This document shows positions 1 through 12,400 of a DNA stretch of 64,000 nucleotides, piece after piece. Source of the stretch: Paraspadella gotoi. Lineage: Eukaryota > Animalia > Chaetognatha. Each line of letters opens with the position of its first letter. The stretch's first letter is position 1. The notes under the pieces are model-generated. The model did not search any database and was not told the DNA's origin. It saw only the letters and a list, made by a program, of their open reading frames with translations. The position numbers were made by a program, and so were the translations under genes. The stretch spans positions 22,010,278-22,074,277 of the forward strand of contig CM119265.1 in the NCBI GenBank assembly GCA_051294375.1, given 5' to 3'.

Positions 1-1792
1 ACTCCGGGAAAAGAAAAGAAAAAAAGCTTTCGCGTAGATTATGAAGGATTTCGCCAAATTATCGGGTTAATTTTTTTTCCTCTCTCTTCCTTTTTTGTGC
101 GATTTTTTGGAAATGGAAGTACATAAACGTACTTGGTATATTCGCCCTATTGCTTATCTTGAAAAAAATGTTTTTGGGTTAATAATAAGAAAGATCTTGC
201 TCCGACGCGGTGTGTGTGTGTGAAAAAAATCCCGGTTCTCTGTTTGCCATATGAACTCGAGGACGACATTCCTGCCTTAATTAAAAAGGGTCAACCCCAT
301 CGACATTCGACTCGAACCAAAAAGAAAAAAAATAGGGGAGCTCGACCACTTTCGGCCCTAAAGACCGGAGAGAACGATCGTTAAACGCTTTTTGATTAGG
401 AGCGGAATTCCCGGGAATCGAATTTTCCGATTCGGGACTTTTTCTTATTTTTTTTTCTCCCGGCGAAGACCTAATAAGTCAGGGCGACTCAAAATTCTAT
501 TTCGTTGTTGTTCTCACTTGGCTGACGAATTTGGCCTTTCGGAAAACGAAAATAGGAACTTAATTATTATGAGTTGCATTATGTAATTTTCAAGATAAAT
601 CTATGATGATGTTATACATTAACACGAAATGACTTAAAATAGCATTACTTTCTTATTGACTAATATCTTCCAAGGTGACAAGTAAAAGTTAACAGCCATT
701 ATGCCTAATCATTATATTAACGGAGCGTCTATTTCTTCGTCGGGACGATTTTCTGCTTGCTCCGGTACAAGGAAATTCATCAGCCGCTCCGAATCAGATG
801 AAATTCGTTTCACGAATTAAAATGAATATTAAAAATCTTAATATTAAATTATTACTGAAAAACATTTTTAATTATCTGAATATGCCCCTGTCCTTTATTT
901 CAGAGCAGAAGTTAAGTATCGACTTAATATTAATTTAATAATAATAATATTGAAGCAAGCGATGTTCTATTTATCACTGATATCAGTGACTTTCTCTCGG
1001 TCCCCGCGTCGCGTCCTTCCAACTCGAGACTTTTTTCTTTTGTCTTTCAGAAACAAAAGACAAAAGTCAAAGCGACAGCAATGGCCGCCATTTGAGCAGG
1101 CGTGTCTCTTGCCTTACTTGATTGATCACTTTCCCCATTTTTTCTTTTGTTTTCGCTTCTTTACATTACCTTACCTCACAGGAAAAGTTTCGACGTGTCC
1201 TTTCCTCGTCGTTTTTGCTTTTTTTTTCAACTAAAATCATTTAAATTTTGTATTCTTTTACGTCTGATTAAAATCTCAGCTCGTCTTTAGGTGATCAGTG
1301 GCATTTTTTTTTTAAACCGGAAATTTCAATGCCCCCCTGCTGATGAAGAGGGACATTCTTCCTAAAGACAATAAATTAGCATTTATATTAAATCCGAAGA
1401 CTCGTGAATCGTGATATCTGAGTTTGGACTTTACTTCGTCTCAAGGACTTATCGTTTGGGATCTCTTCATTATTTCACCATTACTCATGATCTACCTCTT
1501 AGTCATAATGTTGTTTTCTTATTGTTTTTTCCTCGTTCACCTCTTTGACAATTGCCAATCACTCGAATATTTTATATAATATATATTCGTGTTTTTCTCT
1601 TTTCCTTTACGAAAATTTCACCCTTTTCCATTTTCTGTTCTATGTACTTCAAAAATTTTTTTTGGTGCGTCCAAAATTTTTTCGATAATATTTAATTTAT
1701 AATTTTCCACTCTCGCTTTCTAGAGAAAAAAAAATTCTTTCTGGCCTGGAAAAGCGTATAACGTTCCTCGTCAATAACCAGCGAAACTAATT

Positions 1793-3334
1793 ATGCCCGT
1801 AACGATGAGCGGCGTTGGCGAGACTCAACGGCAGGGCCACTTCCACCTCGAACCGTCCGAGAAGAAGCCAACTCTAGCGACGGAGCAATGGCCGCTGCTT
1901 CTCAAAAATTTTCACAAGCTAAACGTCCGATCTAACCACTACGTTCCCCTCGTCAACGGCTGCTCGCCCCTTCAGCGTCCCATCCAGGATTACGTCAAGA
2001 CGGGCTTCATCAATCTGGACAAGCCGGCCAACCCTTCTTCCCACGAGGTGGTCGCCTGGATTAAGCGGATTCTTCGCGTAGAGAAGACGGGCCATTCGGG
2101 CACCCTCGACCCCAAAGTCACTGGCTGCCTCATCGTTTGCATCGAGAAGGCGACGCGGCTCGTCAAGTCACAGCAGAGCGCCGGCAAAGAGTACGTGGGT
2201 ATCGCCCGCTTCCACGGTGACATCGCCGGCGGAACTCAGGAAATGGCACGCGCCTTGGAAATGCTCACCGGCGCCCTCTTCCAACGCCCGCCCCTCATTG
2301 CCGCCGTCAAAAGACAGTTGAGGGTGAGAACGATCTACGAGTCCAAGTTGCTGCAGTTCGACGAGGAGCGCAACATGGCCGTCTTCTGGATCTCCTGCGA
2401 GGCCGGCACCTACGTGAGGACATTGTGCGTGCACTTGGGTCTCGTCCTAGGCGTCGGCGGCATCATGCAGGAACTCCGCCGGGTCCGATCCGGCGTTCTC
2501 TCTGAAGCGGATAATCTGGCCACCATGCACGACGTCTTGGACGCCCAGTGGCTTTACGACAATCACAAAGACGAATCTTACCTTCGACGAGTGGTGACTC
2601 CGCTGGAGGCGCTTCTGACCGGTCACAAGAGGATCATCATGAAGGACTCGGCCGTCAACGCCGTCTGCTACGGCGCAAAGATCATGCTGCCGGGACTGCT
2701 GCGGTACGAGGACGGGATCGAGCTCAACCAAGAGATCGTGGTTGTGACCACGAAAGGCGAGGCCATCTGCATCGCCATCGCCCTTATGACCACCTCCGTA
2801 ATCGCCACCTGCGACCACGGCATCGTCGCCAAGATCAAGCGGGTCATCATGGAGCGCGACACTTACCCGAGGAAGTGGGGCCTCGGGCCTAAGGCCAAGA
2901 AGATGAAAGAGATGATCAAAGAGGGCGTCCTCGACAAGTATGGAAAGCCCAACGCCAGAACTCCTCCCGACTGGGATAAGAAGCTCTTCAGCGATTCCAT
3001 GGCGGCGGCGGCGTCCGAGGCGGCATCGTCTTCTACGTCGAGCCCGCCTCCGCCCTCGCCGAAGCCCGAGAAGAAAAAGAAGAAAAGAAAGGCGGAGGGC
3101 GAAGAATCAGGGGCTGCCGCCTTGACGGAGGAAGGAGATAAGTCCGAAAAGAAAAAGAAGAAAAAGAAAAAAGAGAAAGATTCTGACGCTGCGCCAGAGT
3201 CGGCGGGGGAAGCGTCGACGGGGGAAGAGAAAAAGAAAAAGAAGAAAAAAAAGAAGACGGAAGAGGAGGAAGCGAAGCAAGAAGACGCGACCGAGGGGAA
3301 GAAGAAAAAAAAGAAAAAGAAAACGGAAAGTTGA
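1793..3334 (+). CDS. DKC1: Dyskerin (H/ACA snoRNP pseudouridine synthase, Cbf5), intronless
   Basis: 513-aa ORF with [24 protein letters not shown], catalytic [12 protein letters not shown], a PUA domain and a lysine-rich KKE/D C-terminal tail. Confidence 0.98.
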   Translation: MPVTMSGVGETQRQGHFHLEPSEKKPTLATEQWPLLLKNFHKLNVRSNHYVPLVNGCSPLQRPIQDYVKTGFINLDKPANPSSHEVVAWIKRILRVEKTGHSGTLDPKVTGCLIVCIEKATRLVKSQQSAGKEYVGIARFHGDIAGGTQEMARALEMLTGALFQRPPLIAAVKRQLRVRTIYESKLLQFDEERNMAVFWISCEAGTYVRTLCVHLGLVLGVGGIMQELRRVRSGVLSEADNLATMHDVLDAQWLYDNHKDESYLRRVVTPLEALLTGHKRIIMKDSAVNAVCYGAKIMLPGLLRYEDGIELNQEIVVVTTKGEAICIAIALMTTSVIATCDHGIVAKIKRVIMERDTYPRKWGLGPKAKKMKEMIKEGVLDKYGKPNARTPPDWDKKLFSDSMAAAASEAASSSTSSPPPPSPKPEKKKKKRKAEGEESGAAALTEEGDKSEKKKKKKKKEKDSDAAPESAGEASTGEEKKKKKKKKKTEEEEAKQEDATEGKKKKKKKKTES

Positions 3335-3664
3335 CTTTGTAGTTAACTGACTTTCGGATTAAGCCGCATTACATTCGTTACGTATAAATTACGTTTGGAC
3401 AAATTTTTTTCTCGCTTTGTTACTGTTTTCGTTAAAGTTTTGTCGTCTTTTCAGGAAATGCAGTCGAAATTTGACATTGGACAATTAAAAAAAACAGGAA
3501 CAAAAAAACGGCCTCTTGTAACTCTCTAAAACACGACATTCGTCACGCGTTATATTTTCTGTTCTCATTTCCGTTTTTCTGTACATTTCTATGAAACACT
3601 ACAATTTTTTTTTGTTCTATAGTTCCATTTCAGCGCTCATCACTCGCTTCACCATAAAATCAAA

Positions 3665-4430
3665 ATGCCGTCCGTTTTGGGATACTGGAAGATTCGTGGT
3701 CTCGGCCAACCGATTCGACTGATGCTTGGCTACGCGGGCGAGGATTTCGAAGACGTCCACTACGAGCAATCGGATGGCCCCGAATTCAGTCGCGAGGCCT
3801 GGATGAAGGAGAAGTTCAACCTCGGCCTGGATTTTCCTAATCTCCCTTACTACAAGAACGGGGACGTCGTCTTGACTCAGAGCAACGCTATCATGCGTCA
3901 TCTTGCTCGCAAGTACGACCTGATGGGCAAGACGGACGCTGAAAAAGACCGGTTCGTACTATTGCTGTCTTTTTACATTCTTGGGTTTAATACGTAATAT
4001 TATTCTCATTTTATTTACCAAATTTAGTTGCGATCAAGTGGCCGAGCAATTGGTCGACTTCCGCACCGGCTGGACAATGCTCTGCTACGGGAAATACGTT
4101 GGTGGCGACTTTACCAAGAACGCGCCGAAATACGCGGAAAATGTGGTGACGAAGCTGGAACCCTTCGAGAAGTTCCTTGGCGACAACCCGTGGCTGGCCG
4201 GCCAGAACATCTCTTGGCCGGATTTCATTCTGTTCGAGATGTTGGATCAGCATCTGGTCTTTAAACCGAGTTGTCTGGATGACCTGCCCATGTTGAAGGC
4301 CTTTCACCAGCGCATGCTCGACGAGCCCAAGGTTAAGGCGTTTATGGAGTCGCCCAAGTTTTTCAAGGGGCCCATGAACAACAAGGTGGCTGAATGGGGC
4401 GGCAAAATCCCTATTCCCAACTTCGCTTGA
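3665..4430 (+). CDS. GSTM: Mu-class glutathione S-transferase, 2 exons (intron 3952-4027)
   Basis: LGYWKIRGLGQPIR, mu loop ...EKFNLGLDFPNLPY and TQSNAIMRHLARK. A GT-AG intron joins the two ORFs in frame (..DR|CDQV..). Confidence 0.93.
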
Positions 4431-4652
4431 AACGGCAATTGATTTCGTGGAAAATCGATAGTCGTAAACACTGGACAAATTTTGGCCTGGGATTACTAAT
4501 GAAACATATGACCCATATGAAACATATTCGTTCTTGATTATTAGAAAGTAGTTTCTCATTATTAGTTTTCACGTATAAGATTTTTTTTGGCTTTGAAATT
4601 GTTTTTTTCGTGACGATATTATACAAATTCATATCAGGATTAGTATTTTGTA

Positions 4653-5386
4653 CTCGATTTTCAAATGGGAGTGAAATGAAAAGAGTTATAACTCCTAACA
4701 GACCGACTATGATTAATATTTGTTTATTTAATTAGTTTGAAAATTCCCTGAAGTTTATATTCCTATATAGGAAATTGATAATAATCATAACAACTGGTGC
4801 GTTTGCCTTCCAATTTGTTTTTTTCCTCAACATTTTTACTATTATTGAATTATTCAATTTCAAACACATTGAGAAAAATTTGAGCCAAATATTTTAATTT
4901 CTTTTACATTCATTAGTTAGTTTAATGCCTTCGGAGCAAGCAAAAAAATTATTATTAATATATTTCAAGGTTTAAATAATAAATAGGCAACAGGCTCTTG
5001 CCAGATCATAGTTCTTTTCCAGATTTTTTTTAATGCAGAAATTTTTATTTTCTATAAGCTTAATTAGAAAAAGTGTGAAAAGGCTTTTTACATTCTGATT
5101 GCTCGGACACATACTGCAAAGTGTATACAGTCTATTTGTAGGATGAACGAAAATTTTTCGGAATTTCTTTTTCTTCATAAAGATATATCTAATAACAGTA
5201 AGGTCCAATGCCATTTCAAAAAAATTTATTTGATTAGCACGTAACTACATAACTACTACTAGAAAGTAAGCAAAATAAAAAACGTCAGCGATTTTTTTAC
5301 TCTGGTGCAAAATCTGAAGTTGCTATAACAAAAAAATTTTGAAACAGTATTTGATCTTTTCATTTCACTCCCAATCTAAATCCGTG
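4653..5386. mobile_element. MITE-like non-autonomous DNA transposon (Tc1/mariner-type ends)
   Basis: Imperfect terminal inverted repeats of about 32 bp with an 18-bp perfect core (GGGAGTGAAATGAAAAGA 4667-4684; reverse complement 5355-5372). TA flanks both ends (4651-52, 5387-88). The interior is AT-rich and non-coding. Confidence 0.7.
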
Positions 5387-5563
5387 TATAGTTCCTGACG
5401 TAATAAGACGAAAACTTAACGAGGTTTTTTTTCCCGTTGGAGATTTATTGTTACTTTATTTTTTGTATTCTGTGATATAAAATCGATTTATTTGTTTGTC
5501 GCGAAAATTTTGCGATTTTTTTTCTTGTTCAGATTGAATTGGTTAACTTAATCCTAAAGCAGT

Positions 5564-7459
5564 ATGAATTGGATAAAACTAGTTGTATTTTTTACTGCTT
5601 TGGTTTACGTAACTGTTGCCGAATTCACCATAGATTACGAAAGAGATACATTTTTAAAGGATGGAAAACCGTATCAGTATATTTCGGGAAGTATTCATTA
5701 TTTCCGCATACCAAGACCGTACTGGGAGGACAGACTCAAAAAATTCCAACTTGCTGGTTTAACAGCAATTGAAATGTACGTTCCGTGGAATTATCATCAG
5801 TTGACTCCGGATACTTTTGATTTCGATGGCCAACGCGACGTTTTTAAATTTTTTGAAATCGCTCAAAGTCTCGGACTGGACGTCATCCTCCGTGGGTTTC
5901 CTTACGTTTGTGCGGAAGAATCCTTCGGTGGGCTTCCTGCCTGGATGCTAACCGACGACCCTCGAATGAAACTCAGGCAGATGGACCCGGTTTTTATGAG
6001 ACATGTCAAAAAGTGGTTTTCGGTATTTTTACCGAAAGTAAAGCCCTATTTGAATATTAATGGAGGTCCGATAATCATGGTCCAGGTTGAAAACGAATAT
6101 GGGAGTTATTATGCTCACGATTTTGATTACTTAAGACAGCTGAGAAGACTAATGATGCAGTATCTGGGCTCCAACACACTTTTCTTCACCACCGACGGTG
6201 ATGGCGAAGGTGACGTTAAATACGGGACTCTCAAAGGCTTATACTCGACCGTTGATTTTGGGACGGGAGCTAATCTGCAAACCGCCTTTGAGCCCATGAG
6301 AAAGTTCGAGCCTCGTGGGCCATTAGTCAATAGCGAGTTTTATGTTGGTTGGTTGGATCTTTGGGGAACGAAGCATTCGGTCGTTCCTTCCGCGAATTGT
6401 GTCAAAGTTTTAAGTAAATTGTTAGCAATGAAAGTCAATGTTAATATGTATATGTTTCATGGGGGAACCAACTTTGGCTTTTTAAACGGAGCTGAAATCA
6501 ACAAATTCACGCCTCAAATTACGTCGTACGATTATGATGCTCCTCTTTCCGAAGCAGGGGACATTACTTCGAAATACGTGGCTATCGCAGATACCGTCAG
6601 AAGATATAGGAAACTCCCGCCGATATCGTATCCCGCCAATCACACCAAATATGCTTACGGAAGTGTACCACTTCAAAAGCTTGGAAATGTTTTTGATCTT
6701 CTCGATCAATTAACGAATCCATCGGGACCAGTGAGCTCGCGCTATCCTTTAACTATGGAACAAATACAACATTTTGAGGGATATATTTTGTACCGATCTC
6801 AGATTTCAAACAGTTTTTCTTTTAATTCGGTTCTTAATGTGTCTGTTCATGACCGTGCGTATGTTTTTCTGAATGGCATTCCGCAAGGCATCCTCCAAAG
6901 AGAGGGCCCAACAACGATGACATTGAATTATCCCTGTAAAAAAGGGGACGTTTTGGATTTACTAATTGAAAACCAAGGTCGAATTAATTTCGGGCGAGGA
7001 ATGGAAGGAGATTTGAAAGGCATTGTCAGCAATGTCACTATTAACAATTTGGTGTTAACAAACTGGACCATGTTTCCGTTGAACTTTAGCAGGTTGATGG
7101 AACCGTCGATGACGTACGGGAAAATAAGGATGTCCCAGCCGTATTTCTCGCCCAGCGTGTTCGCTGGAAATATACCGCAGCATTCCGCTCTCAAAACTAT
7201 GCCTGATACATTCGTAGACACCTCCTCCTGGGGAAAGGGATTGATATTTCTGAACGATGTCAATTTAGGCAGATACTGGCCGAGTGTCGGTCCACAAGTG
7301 ACCCTTTATGCCCCTGGTTGTTTTTTCAAACCCAATAGCAAAGAAAACAAAATTTACGTGATTGAATTCGAAAAAATTCCAAAGAACGCTTCTATTGATT
7401 TTGTCGCTCGACCAAACCTCACCGGACAATTAGGGTCTAAAATTGTCACGAAGCCCTGA
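5564..7459 (+). CDS. GLB1: Lysosomal beta-galactosidase (GH35), intronless
   Basis: 631 aa with a signal peptide, YISGSIHYFRIP, acid/base QVENEYGS, nucleophile NSEFYVGWLD, NMYMFHGGTNFG, TSYDYDAPLSEAG and NLGRYWP..GPQVTLY. Confidence 0.93.
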   Translation: MNWIKLVVFFTALVYVTVAEFTIDYERDTFLKDGKPYQYISGSIHYFRIPRPYWEDRLKKFQLAGLTAIEMYVPWNYHQLTPDTFDFDGQRDVFKFFEIAQSLGLDVILRGFPYVCAEESFGGLPAWMLTDDPRMKLRQMDPVFMRHVKKWFSVFLPKVKPYLNINGGPIIMVQVENEYGSYYAHDFDYLRQLRRLMMQYLGSNTLFFTTDGDGEGDVKYGTLKGLYSTVDFGTGANLQTAFEPMRKFEPRGPLVNSEFYVGWLDLWGTKHSVVPSANCVKVLSKLLAMKVNVNMYMFHGGTNFGFLNGAEINKFTPQITSYDYDAPLSEAGDITSKYVAIADTVRRYRKLPPISYPANHTKYAYGSVPLQKLGNVFDLLDQLTNPSGPVSSRYPLTMEQIQHFEGYILYRSQISNSFSFNSVLNVSVHDRAYVFLNGIPQGILQREGPTTMTLNYPCKKGDVLDLLIENQGRINFGRGMEGDLKGIVSNVTINNLVLTNWTMFPLNFSRLMEPSMTYGKIRMSQPYFSPSVFAGNIPQHSALKTMPDTFVDTSSWGKGLIFLNDVNLGRYWPSVGPQVTLYAPGCFFKPNSKENKIYVIEFEKIPKNASIDFVARPNLTGQLGSKIVTKP

Positions 7460-7663
7460 CCGTTTTTTTCTAAATCTGAATTCCAATTTTTTTGAAAACG
7501 GACTGAAAAATCACAAACAAATATAATTCTTTCATTCGTGATAAAGAATATTTTAAATTATTTTTAATTTTTGGTGTGTTATTTATTTTTTTATAAAATA
7601 TTCTCTTGATTATATACTAATTAAATACTTTGCCCTTTTTCACCCAAGTTACTTTTCGCGACC

Positions 7664-8560
7664 ATGGACGTGGAAATCCGTCATCCCAAATCCTCGGAAT
7701 GCCTCGCCCTTCTCCACAACGTCCCGCCCTCGACGTCGGTGTCGGATCTTCGTCGCCGATTCCAGGCCGACTCCTCGAAACCCCTGGAACGGATCGCTCT
7801 CAAGTCTGACCCACGCGGCAAGCTCCTCAAGGACGACGCCACTCTCGAAAGTCTCGATACCAAAATCTTGTATTTCAAGGATCTGGGTCCTCAGGTCCCT
7901 TGGACGACGGTCTTCCTTTTCGAATACACCGGCCCCTTACTAATCTACCCCATCTTCTACGCACGGCCCGAATTAATTTACGGGGCCGGCGCGGCCGTTG
8001 CCCCGCGCGCCCAAGTTGTGACCACGGCGCTTTTTTGCTGGACCTTTCACTACTTGAAGCGAGACTTGGAGACGTTGTTCATCCACCGGTTTAGCCACGG
8101 GACCATGCCGCTGAGCAACCTTTTTAAAAATTGCTCTTACTACTGGGGATTCGCGGCCTGGATCGCTTACTTAATCAACCACCCGCTCTACACGTCACCG
8201 GATTCGCTCGGGTCCAACGTCGCCCTTGGCGCTTTCGTCTTATGCGAGCTCGGCAACTTCTTCATTCACAAAAGTCTCCGGGATCTGCGGCCGCCGGGGT
8301 CGCGGGTGCGTCAGATCCCACGACCAACGGCCAACCCCTTCACTTGGCTCTTTACCACCATTTCTTGTCCCAACTACTTTTATGAGGTCGGCGCATGGTT
8401 CGCCTTTTCGATCATGACCCAGTGCGCCGCCTCGGCGCTCTTCAGCCTCGTCGGCTTATACCAAATGACGGTTTGGGCCGTCGGCAAACATCGCAACTAT
8501 TTGCGCGATTTTAAAGATTATCCGAAGGGTAGAAGGGCCATTCTTCCCTTTCTTATTTGA
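7664..8560 (+). CDS. TECR: Very-long-chain enoyl-CoA reductase, intronless
   Basis: Ubiquitin-like N-terminus, then FKDLGPQV.WTTVFLFEY.GP, ETLFIHRFSHGTMP..NLFKNCSYYW, SCPNY.YE and YPKGRRAILPF. Confidence 0.96.
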   Translation: MDVEIRHPKSSECLALLHNVPPSTSVSDLRRRFQADSSKPLERIALKSDPRGKLLKDDATLESLDTKILYFKDLGPQVPWTTVFLFEYTGPLLIYPIFYARPELIYGAGAAVAPRAQVVTTALFCWTFHYLKRDLETLFIHRFSHGTMPLSNLFKNCSYYWGFAAWIAYLINHPLYTSPDSLGSNVALGAFVLCELGNFFIHKSLRDLRPPGSRVRQIPRPTANPFTWLFTTISCPNYFYEVGAWFAFSIMTQCAASALFSLVGLYQMTVWAVGKHRNYLRDFKDYPKGRRAILPFLI

Positions 8561-9492
8561 AAGTGAAACATTTCCTTTTTTGATTTATACGAGCTCTAAA
8601 AATTTTATTCGAGTTAATTAACAATAAGAATTTTACGTCAGATAGTATGATTATCTAGTACAAAAATAATTTGTTCATTTTGTTTCGGGATTAGAACCGC
8701 AAAATGCAATATGTTTATAGTAATATTCTTATAAAAAATTTCGACGTTTTAAGCGTCCAGTAATTCTCCACTTATCTGATGAAACATTTTTATCATTTTT
8801 GCCATTCAGCATTAAAATATCATATTTTACAAAAGGTTCTTATTTCTTTCCGAAGAATACAAAACTAAGTTTAAAAAAAATCATTTTGAATTTTATGAGT
8901 TTATCAGGATTTTACTCTAAGGAAAATACAATAAATATTGTTAAACTTAACTCGCTTAATATTTTCATCGCTCCACCCTATTATACATAGCGATACAGAC
9001 ACCGAGCAGACTTGTATTTAATTCGCCATTTAAAATACAGAATTAATGGGATTAATTGAATTAATTTTTGCTTTGACGTTCACATAATTTTATGGACTAC
9101 TATGGCAACAGCCGGGTTGCCTGTGATGCTCATTGGGATGGGGCATCTCACTGTTGGCTTTGGGGGGGCTACTACGTACTACGTACATTTTTGAAAATTA
9201 AGTTATGGTTGTATTGTCATTCATTGTCATTTGTCATTCCAGGAATCTAAAAAATGTATAATAAAGAAATTATCTAATAAACAACTCCATCAAATTACAT
9301 TGCTTAATCTTTCTTTGTTCCAGTTGGTTGTCAAGGACGCTCTCTGGCTGACTCTCCCCCTTCGTCGTTTCTTAGATTTCTTCGGATGATGCTCGCGATC
9401 GACGAAAGAGTTCAGCCCCATCGTAGGAAACTATCGATTCCCTTACGAACTTGATATTTGCCTCCCGCTTTTTGCGTTAACTTTCTTCTCTA

Positions 9493-12400
9493 ATGGATGC
9501 GACGGCGGCGGCGGCGGGAGCGGTGTCCGCGTCGCCGCTCGACTTTTGCCGCCGCAACTTGCGACTTGGCGTGGCGCAGATTTGCCTGAACTTGGGATGG
9601 CACTCGATGCACGCCTCTGCACACGACGTCCTTGCCGACGTCCTTGAACGATGTATCTCCCAACTGGCCGTCCTCACGCGCGACTATGCTAATCAGGTTA
9701 GTAGGCGGGGGACTTCAAAGACTTTGCCCAAATATGCTCCTGTGTTTTCCTTTACTCTTTCACGTTATCTTTATAATTCAAATAAATCGATTGACTTGTA
9801 TGTTAACAAAAACTTATTTTGGCTGTTCCACCTTCAGTTCGGGCGGACAGAGCCGTCAACTTTGGACGTCGGTCTCGCGCTGAACGACGCCGGTATTTCT
9901 TTGTCTGAATTGGAGGATTACCTCAAGGATGTAGAGCCGAGTCCCTCTCGGCAAAAAGTTGCTCGGTTTCCTCGCTCGGCCGCAAGTGATCTCGCCATTC
10001 CCGACCCCTTGGAGTTGGAACTCGGGAAGGTACAATTCGGGAATCGTTAAATTGCGTGACAGGATTCGTATTTTGGTAGTTGATAAAAATATTTTCTTAT
10101 TGTAAAAATCCTATTTATTATTTTTCTATTTCGAAAAGAAATTTTAATTCTAATAAAGTCATTCATTTTCAGCGACCCGAACACATCCCTTCTCATTTAC
10201 CCTTGATGGGGATCGAGGTCGCTGATGACGAGGCGCCGCCGGCTTTCCCCTCGACGCCGGACGACGCCGACCTAACCGTTTTATCCGAAGGCGCCCTCGA
10301 GACGGGCCGCGGTGAGAAGCGTGCCCTCTCTCCGTCGCCAGACGACGCGAGTGGATCTGTCGTCAAGCGTCAACGGTCAAATTGGGCTTGCGATGACATT
10401 CCTCAAGGTTTAGATGCTTTTATTATGGTTGTTATATACAGCGATTATATACAGTGACACAGTGATATAGTGAATTTATGATTTGATTACAGGCGGCTGT
10501 CTGCCGACCTCAACTCGAGGCGGCGATGACGAAGACTACGACTCTCACGACTCGCCATTGGTCACCGCGGAGCAGCAGGACCCCGAATTCACGCGGAAAC
10601 GGCGCCTCGACAAAGATCGGAAACGAATCAGGTTGGCCGATGAGCGATATCTACAATTTTTCTCTTTAAAAAATAGTCTAGTCTCATTTTAAATCACTGT
10701 CCTTCTATTCCCTCCAGGTTACTTCGAGAAGCCGAAAGCAGCGGAGGCAGCGACAACTCCTCGGACCGAACTTTTGGCTTCGCGGGGCCGAAGGTCAACA
10801 GGGACGAAGAGGACGACGACGACGATGAGGAGGAGGAAGAGGACGACGAGATCCAAATCGTTGAAGTGACGCCGCGAATTGACGACGAATTTCGATCGGA
10901 TGACGACGACGGCGTCGAGTCGCTGCCTTCTCGCGAAGAGGAGGCGCCGCCGGAGAGGTCCCCTTCGCGACCTCACAGCGCCACCGGGTCGGATTCGGCG
11001 GCTGCCGCGCCAGCGAGATACGCCGGCGATTCGGACGACTTTGACGACGTCATGAACGCGGTAATTGAGAGGCAAATCTTGACGGCGACATTTGTGTTAG
11101 GCCGAAATGTATTTCTTAATTTTCCCCAACACCACAATCAGGTGATCAAGAAAGGCATTCAACAGTCGCAGAAAGAAGAGCGATCCCGCGGCATCTTCGA
11201 CTTTGATTCCGACGAGGAAATAGCGCCGATGGGATCGACGCCGGGACGCCCTCCCGTTTCCGATCAGCACCGCGTCGATTTCTCCTCGAGAACGCCCTTT
11301 TCTCCCCCGGGAGCCGTGCCTGCCGATTCGCATAACCAGCACCATCATCATCATCCTCATTTTTCTCATCATCATCAATACCCTCCTCATCATTTACCCT
11401 TTTCAGCCGACCCGGATCGGCGCCCAGTCGTCGCCCAGACGCCCGAGAAGCGCCACGACGCTCCACTGCCCGTCACTCCCTCTTCGACGCCACAATTTCC
11501 GGAGAAGCGAAAACGCGGTCGTCCCCGTCTCGACGAGGCGGAAAAGGAGCGGAGGCGTCTACTGAAGGAGGAGATGAAGGAGAGGAGGAAGGAGCAGCGG
11601 AAAGAGGCGAAGAAAGAGAAGATAATTGCCAAGGCCTTGTCGACGAGCCGTTTGGAGGGTGATGAGGAGGAGGAAGAGGATAGGAAGAGAAAGCCCTTCA
11701 TGATGCCCATGGAGTTCGAGGAGGACGAAGAAGAGATCCCTTTGGCGAAACGCCTCATTCCCATGGAAAGCGACGACGAGGACGAACCGAGTTGGAGGCG
11801 ACGACCGCCTCCCTCGGACGGCCCCCCGCCTCGAGTCTTGCCGCCGCCCCAGCCTCCTAATTATTCTTCTATGCCCTTGTATCCTCAAGGCATGGCGCCC
11901 TTGCTTGGGCTGCCGCCGGCGCTCTTGGCACAGCCATCATTTATCTCGCCCAACGTTAAGATGCAGCCGTTGCCGCCGGGGATGAATGTTCCTCCGGTGG
12001 TCGGCGTTGGGCCTTTCTCGCCCCCTCCGCCCACGCCGTCGATGCCTGATGCTTTGATCAGCCCGAAAGAACGGTCGAGACATTCGAGCACACAGCAAGG
12101 AGGTAAAATCTAAAACTGAATGTACTTTACTTTCCTTTAAGTTTAGTTTAATTTCTCATTATTAATCATGTTTGAACATCAATAACAAGCTATCGTATTT
12201 GTTTTTCCCTTTTTCTGACTCAGCCTCGGATGCGGATCTCGTTAGTCCCACGCCAACTTCGGCGTCCGGAACCGGATTCCGGCCAGCGTCGAGATCTTCA
12301 CTCGGTGACGATGAATCGAGAGACACTCCGACTCCGCCGGCTGTCATGAGCAGCAGCCCGGGTTCGTTTTTTTCCCTGTTTTTTCGTGTTTTTTTTTTAT

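Noticed and set aside
1338-1425. Possible C/D snoRNA (TGATGA...CTGA) upstream of DKC1
   Set aside because: No terminal stem and no rRNA-complementary guide that I can recognise. The region may instead hold minus-strand exons.
1-1520. Possible minus-strand gene divergent from DKC1 (donor-like sites near 518, 1117 and 1174)
   Set aside because: Splice-like signals are present, but I could not assemble a consistent ORF or identify a product.
1990-2892. Antisense and alternate-frame ORFs over DKC1, and similar ones over TAF3, the ankyrin gene and the helicase
   Set aside because: Shadow ORFs expected in GC-rich coding DNA, with no recognisable motifs.
9697-11141. Stop-free 3n introns (9697-9837 and 11061-11141; also 24143-24211, 42863-42922, 44693-44743, 58997-59065) as regulated intron retention
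   Set aside because: With this many short introns, a handful of in-frame stop-free ones is plausible by chance.
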